A stretch of DNA of 64,000 nucleotides. Origin: a virus (Duplodnaviria; Caudoviricetes). This document shows positions 17,901 through 26,979 of the stretch, one piece after another. Below the pieces are notes generated by a model that saw only the letters and a program-made list of their open reading frames with translations, was not told the DNA's origin and searched no databases. A program made the translations under genes and the position numbers. The DNA lies in the IMG/VR virus record IMGVR_UViG_3300043391_000113, positions 660 through 64,659 of that record. One strand, 5' to 3'. Position 1 is the stretch's first letter. Each line of letters starts with the position of its first letter.

Positions 17901-20900
17901 TCGTGGATAACCGTGTGTGCGTTCAGCCCATTCTCGTAGTGCAGCGTAATCGTGTCGGTGGTAGGGCTGTACACCCCAGCGTTGTCGTTCTCAACAACGC
18001 CCACTTCAATTTTGGTTTTCAGCCCCAGTGCTTGAATTTTGCGCAGCACACGGGCGACATCGGAGTTACCAATTGTCTTGGCCAAATGCCCTAGCAGATC
18101 ATTCAAGTCGCCGTGGTGTGCAAATGACTTGCCCAGTGCGTCTAGGTCTGGCCCGACATAGGAGGTCAGAGGCAGGTCAAGATTACGTCTGACGTATGAC
18201 TCGGTTTCAGCGGATACACGGTCCTTGTTGACCTTCTTCTCCCCGCGCTGTACTACATATCCAGAGAACAGCTTGTCTGCAAATTTCTCAATGTCATCAA
18301 GCCCAGAAGTGCGCCGTGGTCGCCGTTCTTCTGGCGGGGTAGCGTCCAACACATCATTGACGGTTTTATGGGCGCCCTTGGCAAATTCTTTGATTGCGTG
18401 CTTATTGATCTCTGAATACATCGCCCCGCGCTGAGCGGGCGTAGCCTTGAGAAGCGCAGCAAATAAGGGCTTCATATCCGCGCCTAACCCAGCAATCTCT
18501 TTCTGGATGACGCCAAGTTGTGCTTTGTTGCGTTTTACCCGTTCCGCGTAATCGGCTTTTTGCTTTTGCGTAGCCGCAGTTTCTGGATGTTGTAGAGCAT
18601 CCATGATGCGTACGTACTCGTTGAAGAGTCCGGGGATGCGCAACAGTTTGTGTGGTTCCGTGCCCGTGTAGTTTTCACGGGGCAAATACTTAAAAGGAAC
18701 CCCAAACTCAACTGCGGTTTGTAGAAGCGCCCTGCCTAAAAGTACGCTAACACGCAGGGAGTTATGCTTGACAATTCTCTTTTGAAGAGCAACGTACTTG
18801 TCTTCTACTGTAGGCGGCTCAGTGTCTTCTCGTACATCAGTTGATTCAGCAGTTGTTTGAGATGTACCCAGTCGTTCGCGTCCAGCTTCGTTAACTCGTC
18901 CGGCACCAATACTTCTTTGACCCTGTTCTCGTTGTAGTACTGGTCCAGTACCCGAAACGCCGCGCTTAGACTTTCCAGCGATAGGCCCCGTAATTGCGGA
19001 CTCATTGGTAGCTCCTTGTCCTTCAAGGGCACGGAACTCTGGCCGTGCTAAATAGGCTTCGATACGGTTACGTTGATTTTCACTTGCACGGTCAGCGAGC
19101 GCCTCAAGCATAGTCTTGGCAAGACTTGCATCTTCAATCTTGGTGATATCCAAACCAAGCAGGGGAGAACCTTCACGGCGCAAAACAGCCGTAGGTCCAA
19201 TCCCCAAAGTTGCAAGGACATTTTGATCAATAACAACTGGAACAGTTGCCGGGGTAAGCTTCGCCAAGGCCGTGGATTTTTTGACCACCGCCGGAGTAGC
19301 GTATTTGATTTCCGTTATTGGGTTACCAATGTGGGTGTTTGAAGTCCCATCATCGTTGTACAACTTTTCAACCGGCTGCAACCCAACTTTTGGGGCAGTC
19401 TCCGCGTCGTACAGATTTACGGTAGCTCCGGTTTTATTGTTGAGTACCCCAACAACAGGGCGCATTCCTTCCGGTATTTGGCTTACGTCCGTGACGGGCG
19501 TAAATTTGCCGTCCTGTTCATACCCCAAACGGACAGAATGGTTGCCAAACCCGGCCTGTAAATCGTAGAGAATTTCCTGCCCATCTTCATTTTTTACGTA
19601 CAGCGCAGCGTGTGGGGCATAAGTCTTACCCTGCCCCTTGCCCGGAGATCCTTTTGTACGACTTGTTCTACCGTTCTCATCAACAGCGTACGTACTGCCC
19701 TTGGCAGTGGTAAAGCCAACTATTGGCCCCGTAGGAGTTGCCGCTGCTTCTGCTGGGGCGGCACTGGGCGCTGCCGTAGGAACCGTACCCCCAAGCTCTT
19801 GGATTTTCTGTTGCAGCGCAGCAATAAAGTCTGGGTTCTGGTCCTTTGCAGACTTGATGAACTCCCCTTTTAAGAAGCCTTCAAGCGCGGGAAGCTGTGC
19901 AGTCTTAACAAGATTTGCTTGCCACGGCAGAAGATTTGTCGGGGGCGGTGCTGGAGCAACAGCAGGTGGAACTCCCGAAACGGGAGTTTGCCCCGGAGTT
20001 TGCCCCAAAGGTGGAGTTTGAGGCGCAGCGGGGGTTTGCGGGGGTACTTGGGGCGGGACTTGGGGCGGAACAGGAGTTTGCCCCGGAGTTTGACCGGGAG
20101 TTTGCTGTTGAGTTGGAGTTTGCTGTGGAGTTCGCGCACGTTCAGCCGCTCCACCTACTCCGCCAAATGCACCACCCGCAGCCGCCCCGCGAATCGTAGA
20201 CTCTAGGATACGGTTCCAGCCTTCGCTGTTGAAGACTTCGCGGTTTGCATCAACAAACTTCTCAGCAGCAAGACCAATTGTTTCCTGCGCACCTTCGGTC
20301 AGGCCCTCTGTACTAACACCCTTTAGAACTCCAGAGGTAACAGAGCGCAACAAGCCCTGCTGCATTCCTGATTTTTCAAGGAGCTTCTCAACAACTCCTA
20401 CTTTGACTGGACCCGTCAGGCTTTTGAGGACTTGTGCAGGAAGAACGGAATCCAACGCAGCGGAAGCCGAACCAAATAGCAGTGCTGCTCCGGGTTCAAA
20501 CTCACCAGTCTGGTTGTAAATGTTCTCAAAGATCTCTGGCGCAGCTTGCGCGTAAGACCCAAGGTACACACCAACGCCTTGAGCAGCGGCTTTTTTGCCA
20601 GCGCTTGCTGCTACCGTTTGCTCAATATACTGTTTGGCTGCGGCACCAGTAAGCCCACGAACAGCAGCTTCTTTGGCAGCGGCACCAGCAATCCCACGGG
20701 CAGCAGCCACCTCAAGTCCAACACCGGGGATAAGTGTAGTCAGAAGATTGGGTACTTGCTCCGCTGCGGTCTCAAAAACAAAACCGGGAACATCACCAAT
20801 CCCACGTACATCTTTGAGTTCTTTGTACTGCGGTGAATAGTACGCATCAATCTCTCGCTGCGTCTGCGCAGCCTCTTCCATCTGCCGCTTGGCGTAATCA

Positions 20901-21127
20901 TCAAAGCCAAGCATGCTGGCTCCCATCGCGGGGAGCACATCACCAAAAGCAGAACTGAGTTGTTTAGCGCCGCGCTTGAGCGCACGGCCACCCATCTCCC
21001 CGAAGGATAAATCCGACATAGGGAGGTTGTGTTTTTTATAAAGTTCCCTTAACTGAGACGAAACTTCCTCTTGCGATAAAGAATCATCAATCCGAGTTGG
21101 CCCAAAATGTGGGAGATCTATGATCAT
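14942..21127 (-). CDS. large internal virion (ejection) protein, polyvalent type, with HExxH motif
   Basis: 2061 aa; Ala/Gly-rich N-terminus, Pro/Gln linker, HEVIH at 17891-17905, last gene of the virion operon. Confidence 0.75.
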   Translation of the reverse strand: MIIDLPHFGPTRIDDSLSQEEVSSQLRELYKKHNLPMSDLSFGEMGGRALKRGAKQLSSAFGDVLPAMGASMLGFDDYAKRQMEEAAQTQREIDAYYSPQYKELKDVRGIGDVPGFVFETAAEQVPNLLTTLIPGVGLEVAAARGIAGAAAKEAAVRGLTGAAAKQYIEQTVAASAGKKAAAQGVGVYLGSYAQAAPEIFENIYNQTGEFEPGAALLFGSASAALDSVLPAQVLKSLTGPVKVGVVEKLLEKSGMQQGLLRSVTSGVLKGVSTEGLTEGAQETIGLAAEKFVDANREVFNSEGWNRILESTIRGAAAGGAFGGVGGAAERARTPQQTPTQQQTPGQTPGQTPVPPQVPPQVPPQTPAAPQTPPLGQTPGQTPVSGVPPAVAPAPPPTNLLPWQANLVKTAQLPALEGFLKGEFIKSAKDQNPDFIAALQQKIQELGGTVPTAAPSAAPAEAAATPTGPIVGFTTAKGSTYAVDENGRTSRTKGSPGKGQGKTYAPHAALYVKNEDGQEILYDLQAGFGNHSVRLGYEQDGKFTPVTDVSQIPEGMRPVVGVLNNKTGATVNLYDAETAPKVGLQPVEKLYNDDGTSNTHIGNPITEIKYATPAVVKKSTALAKLTPATVPVVIDQNVLATLGIGPTAVLRREGSPLLGLDITKIEDASLAKTMLEALADRASENQRNRIEAYLARPEFRALEGQGATNESAITGPIAGKSKRGVSGTGPVLQREQGQRSIGAGRVNEAGRERLGTSQTTAESTDVREDTEPPTVEDKYVALQKRIVKHNSLRVSVLLGRALLQTAVEFGVPFKYLPRENYTGTEPHKLLRIPGLFNEYVRIMDALQHPETAATQKQKADYAERVKRNKAQLGVIQKEIAGLGADMKPLFAALLKATPAQRGAMYSEINKHAIKEFAKGAHKTVNDVLDATPPEERRPRRTSGLDDIEKFADKLFSGYVVQRGEKKVNKDRVSAETESYVRRNLDLPLTSYVGPDLDALGKSFAHHGDLNDLLGHLAKTIGNSDVARVLRKIQALGLKTKIEVGVVENDNAGVYSPTTDTITLHYENGLNAHTVIHEVIHAAISHVLRNPNHPLTKEFQNFFVQVQDRLGAAYGATNLQEFASELVGNPEFQALLKGIKAPRSGNMFQRIVQAIAEFFGLRKGQSAYEAGMKFVSDAIDISSDVKPTPTDDLFFLGNFGVVGQVAQAMPQLTKQAANSAANTISNVKDVTWKQIAMGLLRLDNINTIYGDQLPSIQKLLDALEKRNGVQEQSIAEVNKKYQEFLDVEKKHPQQMNKLNDIAVEARLQELDILNAGFNPTSTQMPTYSRLRREFAALDPEVQQVYKDIREEYDAALKAYETLVLKSVTPSLKAKLVSEFQTRKRIPGYIPFLRRGEFWVEYADPQTGDRTATAFESIRERQQFINQMLVPQNIQHKSYQNLEDISFDPNAVPTTSFIGKVIEDLRANGASQQQVDAAYQAYISLFPADSIAKQFLKSKNVLGMEKDIVRGYGDVMVRWKRKLANSEYSPQIDKAISEIEAQAANANDIDLDVVAQNIKGQSNFFHNPTYNDFVHGATALSYYEYIAGNISSAIINLTSLPLLAWPMLGGQFGFGTTSAKMANAHRVMVNNQLGGQKGNLRYAGLYAALMDHGQLEHTMAREVLEGRRQKTSDYLGLKAKILDGIALPFSAAEKYNRGVTAVAAFDLAIEDGMDPDAAIRFAVRTVKDIHTSGMAATAPRWMQHPVGRVFATFKSFAWNSAFILARAFHQAFKGQNADIRAAARRQLLATYGMSTMFLGIKGMPFYGALTTLATMLQALAGDDDEPFDVHEELRQAFGEFLYKGAFNYITNLEVANRSGLATDLIFRDDPRGIAEHGYVLSAMQQAFGPAGTYAVNVGNSIKMFQEGNVERAIEGILPSAARNVLKGARYLSEGALTLKGDPVDEDISAYNGLMQMIGFSPADLSSTYEKISGAKSYEREVIQRRTKLLNMYNMGYTGMDGDLMDRARDEIMAFNEARPEYMITGSTLMKSIKARQAAERTMLHGVTFNKKLKAGIEDKFFDEN
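18805..19005 (-). CDS. nested out-of-frame ORF (66 aa) within the large virion protein gene
   Basis: AAGGAG 6 nt upstream of ATG; MSPQLRGLSLESL...MYEKTLSRLQ; host frame here is linker-like. Confidence 0.55.
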   Translation of the reverse strand: MSPQLRGLSLESLSAAFRVLDQYYNENRVKEVLVPDELTKLDANDWVHLKQLLNQLMYEKTLSRLQ

Positions 21128-23115
21128 GGGGTTGGAGCACTGAGTCTTTGGTCCAAACTGGGAATATTATCTTCATCCGGCAACATCATTTTGCCAGCCC
21201 GTTCGCTAATTCCATTAAGTCTGGCACGTTCATACATGGTCAGCAATTCTGGATTCGTTCTCCAGTTATCCCCCCCACGTTTTTTCATATCTGCAACCAA
21301 AGCACCAAGCCCAAACTGACTCTCTTCAAAGTCTTTGGTAGCTTTCGCCCAGTTCGCCCCAAGCAGGGCATTTACTTTGGCTTTGTCAATACCAAGTTTC
21401 TGTGCGTAGTATGCAGCCTTTTGAGAAAGCTCTGCGTTACGGGCTGCGTTCAGATCGCCACGTGCAAGAGCTTTCTCTTTAATGCTCTCAAGGTGCATAT
21501 CGCGGTACAGGCCCATCTTAGCCTGACCAAGCTGGCCAGCCATGATTGAGTTTTCTTCCGCAGCACGCTGCTTGTTGGACGCCATAAGAGCAGCCACACC
21601 AGTGCTTGCACCCTGACCAATATTGGCAGCGGCAAACGGAGACGTGCCACCCATCATACCCAGACCGGCTTGGAGCAACGCAAGATACTTGTCCTGCTCA
21701 CGGCTGGACTCAACACCTTTCTCACGTTTGTCCAACGATGCGCCAATTTTCTCCAACAGCTTGTCGTATGGCGTTTCGGTTGGTGCTGCTGGCTCATCGA
21801 CGGGTTTGAACGAAGTGGGAGCTTCTGGAGGTTTAGCTACGTTCTGTTTTTCCCGTGCTTTTACTGACTCCCGAACGGATGCAGTATCAGGATAGGGGGC
21901 GTTGGATATAGGTGGCGGAGATGGTGTTTTTTCCGCAGCTACACGTTCTTTTGCTTTTTCCAATTTTTGGCGACGTGCGGCTTCAGCCGCTTCAGATTCC
22001 CAAGGAAAACTAAATTGCTGTCTTAAAACTTCGTCTTCCGCTTCCGTGCGCGTAGGAGGAAGATTTGCAGGGATGTCTCTTGGGTCGGCTTCGTAGTCTG
22101 TACCTAGCCCAAGGATAGAGGGAATAGGCCCTCTTGACCCCGCAGCAAACCTCGGCACCTCGCCTCCCTGCGCCAACCCAGTGACATAACCCTGAGTCTC
22201 ACGGAAAGGAGGTATACCACCATACTTCTGCACGTTGCCCGGACCAGCATTGTATGCAGCCGCAATAAGTTTGGGATCGTTGAACATCTTGCTTAGCTGC
22301 GCAAGATACTTAACCCCGCCGTTGATGTTCTCATCTGGATTGAACGGGTCGGTCACACCAAGTTGTTTGGCAGTGGCGGGCATCAACTGCATGACGCCCA
22401 TCGCCCCAGCGGGAGACACAGCGGTTGCTGGGTTTTTAAGCCCACCCGTTTCTTTATTGAGCACATGCAGAGCAAGGCGCGGGTCAACCCCATACTTCTC
22501 AGCCGCTGCAAGTACTTTGGACTCGTACGCATGACTACCCATACCGCGAGTCATGGGCGCAGCAAGTCGTCCAATCCCTTCGCGTGGCGTTCTACCCGCA
22601 GCTTCAGCAGGAGTGCGGGCGTTAACTTCTGGGCGGTACTCTGATTCAGGCATCATCTCAGAGCTTTCTGCACCCTGACCCGTCTGCGACAAGAAATGCC
22701 TGAAGATCTGCTGATCTTCCTTGCTCATACTGGCAAGGTCTAACTCATCTTCACCATCGTCCTCCTCGTCGTCAGTTTCACCGCCCGACGCAAAAGCTAC
22801 GATGCCGCCCGAAGCGGCTTGTACAGGCAGGTTGCTAGGAAGTGAAGGGACACCTTGGGACATCGGCGCTTGGGGCATCCCTTGGGGCATCCCTTGGGGC
22901 ATCGGAGGGGCAGGATTGTTTGCCGCCGCAAGAACTTGCGCAGCAACAGGAGGTGCAGCGGGGGCGGTAGGTGCAGCCGAGTTACGTTCTTTGACCTTCT
23001 CCGCAATCATCGGAATTGCAATGTATGCAGGGATAACCCCGTCCTGCATACCCTTCTGGAGCATATCAATAGAGAATGCTTCAGGACGATTGAGCAACTT
23101 CTGGATAGCGGACAT
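21124..23115 (-). CDS. internal virion protein with lytic transglycosylase (SLT) domain
   Basis: KETGG...SPAGAMGVMQLMPATA...AAAYNAGPGNV...ETQGYV. Confidence 0.9.
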   Translation of the reverse strand: MSAIQKLLNRPEAFSIDMLQKGMQDGVIPAYIAIPMIAEKVKERNSAAPTAPAAPPVAAQVLAAANNPAPPMPQGMPQGMPQAPMSQGVPSLPSNLPVQAASGGIVAFASGGETDDEEDDGEDELDLASMSKEDQQIFRHFLSQTGQGAESSEMMPESEYRPEVNARTPAEAAGRTPREGIGRLAAPMTRGMGSHAYESKVLAAAEKYGVDPRLALHVLNKETGGLKNPATAVSPAGAMGVMQLMPATAKQLGVTDPFNPDENINGGVKYLAQLSKMFNDPKLIAAAYNAGPGNVQKYGGIPPFRETQGYVTGLAQGGEVPRFAAGSRGPIPSILGLGTDYEADPRDIPANLPPTRTEAEDEVLRQQFSFPWESEAAEAARRQKLEKAKERVAAEKTPSPPPISNAPYPDTASVRESVKAREKQNVAKPPEAPTSFKPVDEPAAPTETPYDKLLEKIGASLDKREKGVESSREQDKYLALLQAGLGMMGGTSPFAAANIGQGASTGVAALMASNKQRAAEENSIMAGQLGQAKMGLYRDMHLESIKEKALARGDLNAARNAELSQKAAYYAQKLGIDKAKVNALLGANWAKATKDFEESQFGLGALVADMKKRGGDNWRTNPELLTMYERARLNGISERAGKMMLPDEDNIPSLDQRLSAPTP

Positions 23116-23124
23116 GACCGTACC

Positions 23125-24099
23125 TTATTTATTCATTGTATTGTACAAGCCCAAACCGGCAATACCAGCCGTGCCCAGACCTGCAGCTTGCGATACAAAA
23201 CTAGGAGGTGCTTGGTAGCTGGATGTGGTTGTGGCTTGCATCGGCAGACCACGAAGCTGGGCGTTGAGGAACGCCAATTGCTGCTGTGGATACTGCTGAC
23301 CAGTCGCATAGTTGCTAATTGCTTGATTGATGAGGTTTTGCTGCTGTTGCTGTTGTACACCACCAAGACTAGATTGCAGGTTAACAATCCCCTGCTGCGA
23401 TTGCTGTTGTAGATTCCCAAGGTTGCCCAACTGCCCAGCCGCACCCAGCGCTTGCCCGTAACCTTGCATACCAAGGTTGGCACCAAACTGTTGGTTCTTA
23501 ATAGCTTGTTCGTATGCGTTGTTCAGACCTGTTGCTTGAATATTGCCAAGCTGGGTCTGCAAGTTACGATTGGCCTCGGCGTTCTCAATAGCTTGACGCC
23601 CACCCCCAAAAGCACCAGCCTGTGCGAACCCAGCACCGCGTTTAGTCCCGGCAATATCAGCCTGACGCATAGCTTCTTGCTGCTGAATACCCACCACATT
23701 TTGCATGTAGGGGTTCATGTACGAAGCTACTTCGTACGGATTGCGTACGCCTTGCGAATATTGCTGCCCCGCACCAAGAGCACCTTGACCTGCCATGTAG
23801 GCAATGTCACTACCCGCTCCAATCTGTCCGGGGGTTTGCATCTGCTCTGCGTTAGCTTGAGCAGCTTGTTGCAAGGGGCTAAATCCAGCTACATAATCTT
23901 CTGGGCTTTGGCTGTACGGCTTGTACGGCTGCGTGCCGGTAATATCTACCTCACCTGTCGTAGACCCAGCTTTTGGTTGGGTCGTGAACATTTGCTGCAT
24001 CGTTGCGCCGAGCATTGACTCGACATATGGACGCGCATAATCAGGGATGTTGGTATTCGTTACCGTTGAAGAGGTTGGACCTCCGCCGCCACCAGCCAT
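23125..24099 (-). CDS. putative ejection/DNA-transfer protein
   Basis: Gln/Gly/Ala-rich, C-terminal hydrophobic GLGTAGIAGLGLY, upstream of SLT protein. Confidence 0.6.
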   Translation of the reverse strand: MAGGGGGPTSSTVTNTNIPDYARPYVESMLGATMQQMFTTQPKAGSTTGEVDITGTQPYKPYSQSPEDYVAGFSPLQQAAQANAEQMQTPGQIGAGSDIAYMAGQGALGAGQQYSQGVRNPYEVASYMNPYMQNVVGIQQQEAMRQADIAGTKRGAGFAQAGAFGGGRQAIENAEANRNLQTQLGNIQATGLNNAYEQAIKNQQFGANLGMQGYGQALGAAGQLGNLGNLQQQSQQGIVNLQSSLGGVQQQQQQNLINQAISNYATGQQYPQQQLAFLNAQLRGLPMQATTTSSYQAPPSFVSQAAGLGTAGIAGLGLYNTMNK

Positions 24100-24108
24100 G
24101 ATGTTTCC

Positions 24109-24540
24109 TTAGATTAAGACTTCTACCAAGGTGTTCCTTGGTTCAAAGTTGTAGCGTTTCCAAAGGCGCACGATAGCCGGTCTGCCGTAGCCTTGAATTT
24201 TAGTAGCGCCGTTATGTTTCAACAGCAGTTTGAACTGCTCAAATGTGTTTTGATTGGAGATTAGCGTCCCCCCAATTGTCGTCACAAATGCCACTCGGTG
24301 CAACGGATAGTTGATAAAAGAGATCGTTGCCGACCCATGAATCTCACCTTGTTCATCTACCGCAACGACAAGCAGCCACTGCCCACTAGCCAAGAACGCT
24401 TGGACGTGATCGACGTTATACGATGCTGCCCAATCAGGGAAATCTCCACCTTTCTCAAGAGCTTCCGCAATAAACGGTCTGACCTTGGGCCAGATCTGAT
24501 GTATATACATCGTTTCTACATGGCGGATGCTTAGCTCCAT
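24109..24540 (-). CDS. conserved late protein, possibly GNAT-fold
   Basis: Position typical of podovirus acetyltransferase-like genes; GATKIQGYGRPAIVRLW. Confidence 0.5.
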   Translation of the reverse strand: MELSIRHVETMYIHQIWPKVRPFIAEALEKGGDFPDWAASYNVDHVQAFLASGQWLLVVAVDEQGEIHGSATISFINYPLHRVAFVTTIGGTLISNQNTFEQFKLLLKHNGATKIQGYGRPAIVRLWKRYNFEPRNTLVEVLI

Positions 24541-26969
24541 CAGCGGCGTACCTTTTTCAACATGCGGCGAACAGTGGCCATATCCCCCGCACGATGTGCG
24601 GCTAATAGCTTTTGACCGGGAGACTTGGGTAGGGCAGCGATACCCCCACGGGCAAACGCCGACATTTGATAATCGTCATCTCTCCACCCCCCACCGCCGC
24701 CAGTAGAGCCACCCACCATTTTTATGTTGTGCGACACAAAACCAGACGACACATAAGTATGTGCATCATGCACTGTGATCTTCACAACTGCACCGGATTC
24801 GGCAGGTTCGGATGACAGAACAATTCCAAACCCTTCTGGCTGCACAAGTTTGGCTCCGGGTTTGAGATTTTGAATCTCTTCCCAACCCTTGTCGGTTAGC
24901 ACGCGGTGATTGGACGTACCTACGAAGTCGTTGCCATTTGTGAGTTCAATCTTCCAGCGGTTTGCGTAGTCCAATGAGACCGCAGTAATAGGGAATGCGC
25001 CCCACTCACCCGTTTTCTCGTGCTGTGTCCAGACCTGCATCCCCGGCTCAACAACCCCGGCTTCTCTGGTCGAACCATCAGCAAGCAGGATGGGAACCCA
25101 AGGCGCAGGGCAACCACCATCGCCACCAAAACCCCCACTATAAGCATCCCCGTAATCGTAATTACCTCCGCCGCCGTAATCAATACTACCGCCCGTAACT
25201 GGGAAAACATTTGGAGCAACATCAGGAATAACGCTAGTTATGCCACGTCCATAGTCATCTCCGTATCGTGGAGAATTTGGGTTGGCTGCGTAGAAATCAT
25301 TTAATGTGTTTTGATAATCATTCATCGCACCTTCGTAATTTGCTTGGCGTCCCGCATAATCAGCCAGCGCAGTATTTGCCGCTTCTTGATTAGCCGCTGC
25401 TATGTTATCCGCGTTAATTTGGTTAACGTTTAGCGCATCATTGTCGTCTTTTTGGGATTGGTTGTTTTCGGCATTTACCGCATTTACTGCATCAACATAA
25501 TCTCCTTGGGCTATGTCATACCTTGCGTTTTCTATGTTGTTGACGTTCAGGTCGTCCTGATACCCCGCGTTGATATCGTTTTGCCTTTGCTCCGCAAGAT
25601 CATCTGCGGTAAGAAGTAACCCATCAGTTGACCCAAAAATTGTAGTGCCGACATTTGCTGGATTGTTTTGCCAATTTGAGTCGTAGTCAGTACCTTGACC
25701 AAGTGGCCCAACGATTACCGTCCCCTTGCCCGAATCGGATCGCCAACTTGTATCGTAGTCAGTACCTTGACCAAGTGGCCCAACATCAACCCTTCCCCGG
25801 TCGTATCCACTAATCCATTCAGGTTGTTCCGTAGTTGGCCCAAACGTAAACGTATCTCGTAAATTTGCAGGGTCGTTTGTATCTACATCACCAATTCCAT
25901 CAGGATCTACCCAATCTGTTTGGCTAATACTTGGCCGTGTAATTACTGATGTGGTTGCTTCTTCAGTTGGGCCAGTCGGGCCAGTATCGTAAGTCGTACT
26001 AGTCGGACCAGTGTCGTAAGTCGTCTCAGTCGGACCAGTGTCGTAAGTTGTTTCAGTTGGCTCAGTGTCTTCAGTCGGCTCAGTATCGTACGTTGGTACA
26101 GTTGGCTCAGTGTCTTCGGTCGGATTGGTGTCGTACGTTGGTACAGTTGGCTCAGTCGGCTCAGTGTCTTCGGTCGGATTGGTGTCGTACGTTGGTACAG
26201 TTGGCTCAGTCGGCTCAGTGTCTTCGGTCGGATTGGTGTCGTACGTTGGCTCAGTCGGCTCAGTGTCTTCAGTTGGACTGGTGTCGTACGTTGGTACAGT
26301 TGGTACAGTCGGCTCAGTCGGCTCAGTGTCTTCAGTCGAATTGGTGTCGTACGTTGGTACAGTCGGCTCAGTCGGCTCAGTGTCTTCAGTCGGATTGGTG
26401 TCGTACGTTGGTACAGTCGGCTCAGTCGGCTCAGTGTCTTCAGTCGGATTGGTGTCGTACGTAGGAAAAGTTTCGTATGTAGGAAAAGTTGGGTCGGTAT
26501 AGAATGTGGGAAAGGTCGGGTTGTACGTGTCCACAGTCGGATCAACGTCGTACGTATCCGTGTCCTCAGTCGGATACGTAGGAGTAACCGGAGGTTGTGG
26601 TGGAGGAGGCGGTGGCGGGGGAGGCGGTGGTGGAGGCCCCGGAGGTTGGGGTTGCTGCCCACGTGGGCCAAAGAAATAGCTATAGCGCGGTGCAACCATT
26701 GGCGCAATGCCACGGCTGTACGGGTTGTAGTAACTAGGGTTGTACCGGACTGGCTGGTACGCTTCTGGAGTGAAAGCAGTGATGCCCGTATTGCCGGGAG
26801 CGCGGGGGGCTACGGGTTGGTAACCTTGAAATTGGGCTGTGCTAGCGTACGGATCGCCTTGGCTGCGGTCACGTAAAAAATTGCTATACCCTCTTTGCTG
26901 ACGGCGAACTTCGCGGTTAAACCCACCGCCGTAATCATCGCCACCACCGAAGTTACCACCACCCGCCAT
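24540..26969 (-). CDS. low-complexity late protein with Thr/Glu/Pro repeats and Hint domain
   Basis: PolyPro tract, TYDTNPTEDTEPTEPTVP repeats, Hint C...TSNH...SHN encoded at 24726-25112. Confidence 0.8.
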   Translation of the reverse strand: MAGGGNFGGGDDYGGGFNREVRRQQRGYSNFLRDRSQGDPYASTAQFQGYQPVAPRAPGNTGITAFTPEAYQPVRYNPSYYNPYSRGIAPMVAPRYSYFFGPRGQQPQPPGPPPPPPPPPPPPPQPPVTPTYPTEDTDTYDVDPTVDTYNPTFPTFYTDPTFPTYETFPTYDTNPTEDTEPTEPTVPTYDTNPTEDTEPTEPTVPTYDTNSTEDTEPTEPTVPTVPTYDTSPTEDTEPTEPTYDTNPTEDTEPTEPTVPTYDTNPTEDTEPTEPTVPTYDTNPTEDTEPTVPTYDTEPTEDTEPTETTYDTGPTETTYDTGPTSTTYDTGPTGPTEEATTSVITRPSISQTDWVDPDGIGDVDTNDPANLRDTFTFGPTTEQPEWISGYDRGRVDVGPLGQGTDYDTSWRSDSGKGTVIVGPLGQGTDYDSNWQNNPANVGTTIFGSTDGLLLTADDLAEQRQNDINAGYQDDLNVNNIENARYDIAQGDYVDAVNAVNAENNQSQKDDNDALNVNQINADNIAAANQEAANTALADYAGRQANYEGAMNDYQNTLNDFYAANPNSPRYGDDYGRGITSVIPDVAPNVFPVTGGSIDYGGGGNYDYGDAYSGGFGGDGGCPAPWVPILLADGSTREAGVVEPGMQVWTQHEKTGEWGAFPITAVSLDYANRWKIELTNGNDFVGTSNHRVLTDKGWEEIQNLKPGAKLVQPEGFGIVLSSEPAESGAVVKITVHDAHTYVSSGFVSHNIKMVGGSTGGGGGWRDDDYQMSAFARGGIAALPKSPGQKLLAAHRAGDMATVRRMLKKVRR
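25980..26500 (-). repeat. coding tandem repeat, about 54-nt unit, then shorter TYDTGPT units
   Basis: Repeated GTCGTACGTTGGTACAGTYGGCTCAGTCGGCTCAGTGTCTTC; boundaries approximate. Confidence 0.85.
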
Positions 26970-26979
26970 CGTGATCTCC

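Noticed and set aside
25943-26713. Alternative-frame ORFs 25943-26713, 26048-26464, 26065-26502
   Set aside because: Open only because of the stop-free tandem repeat
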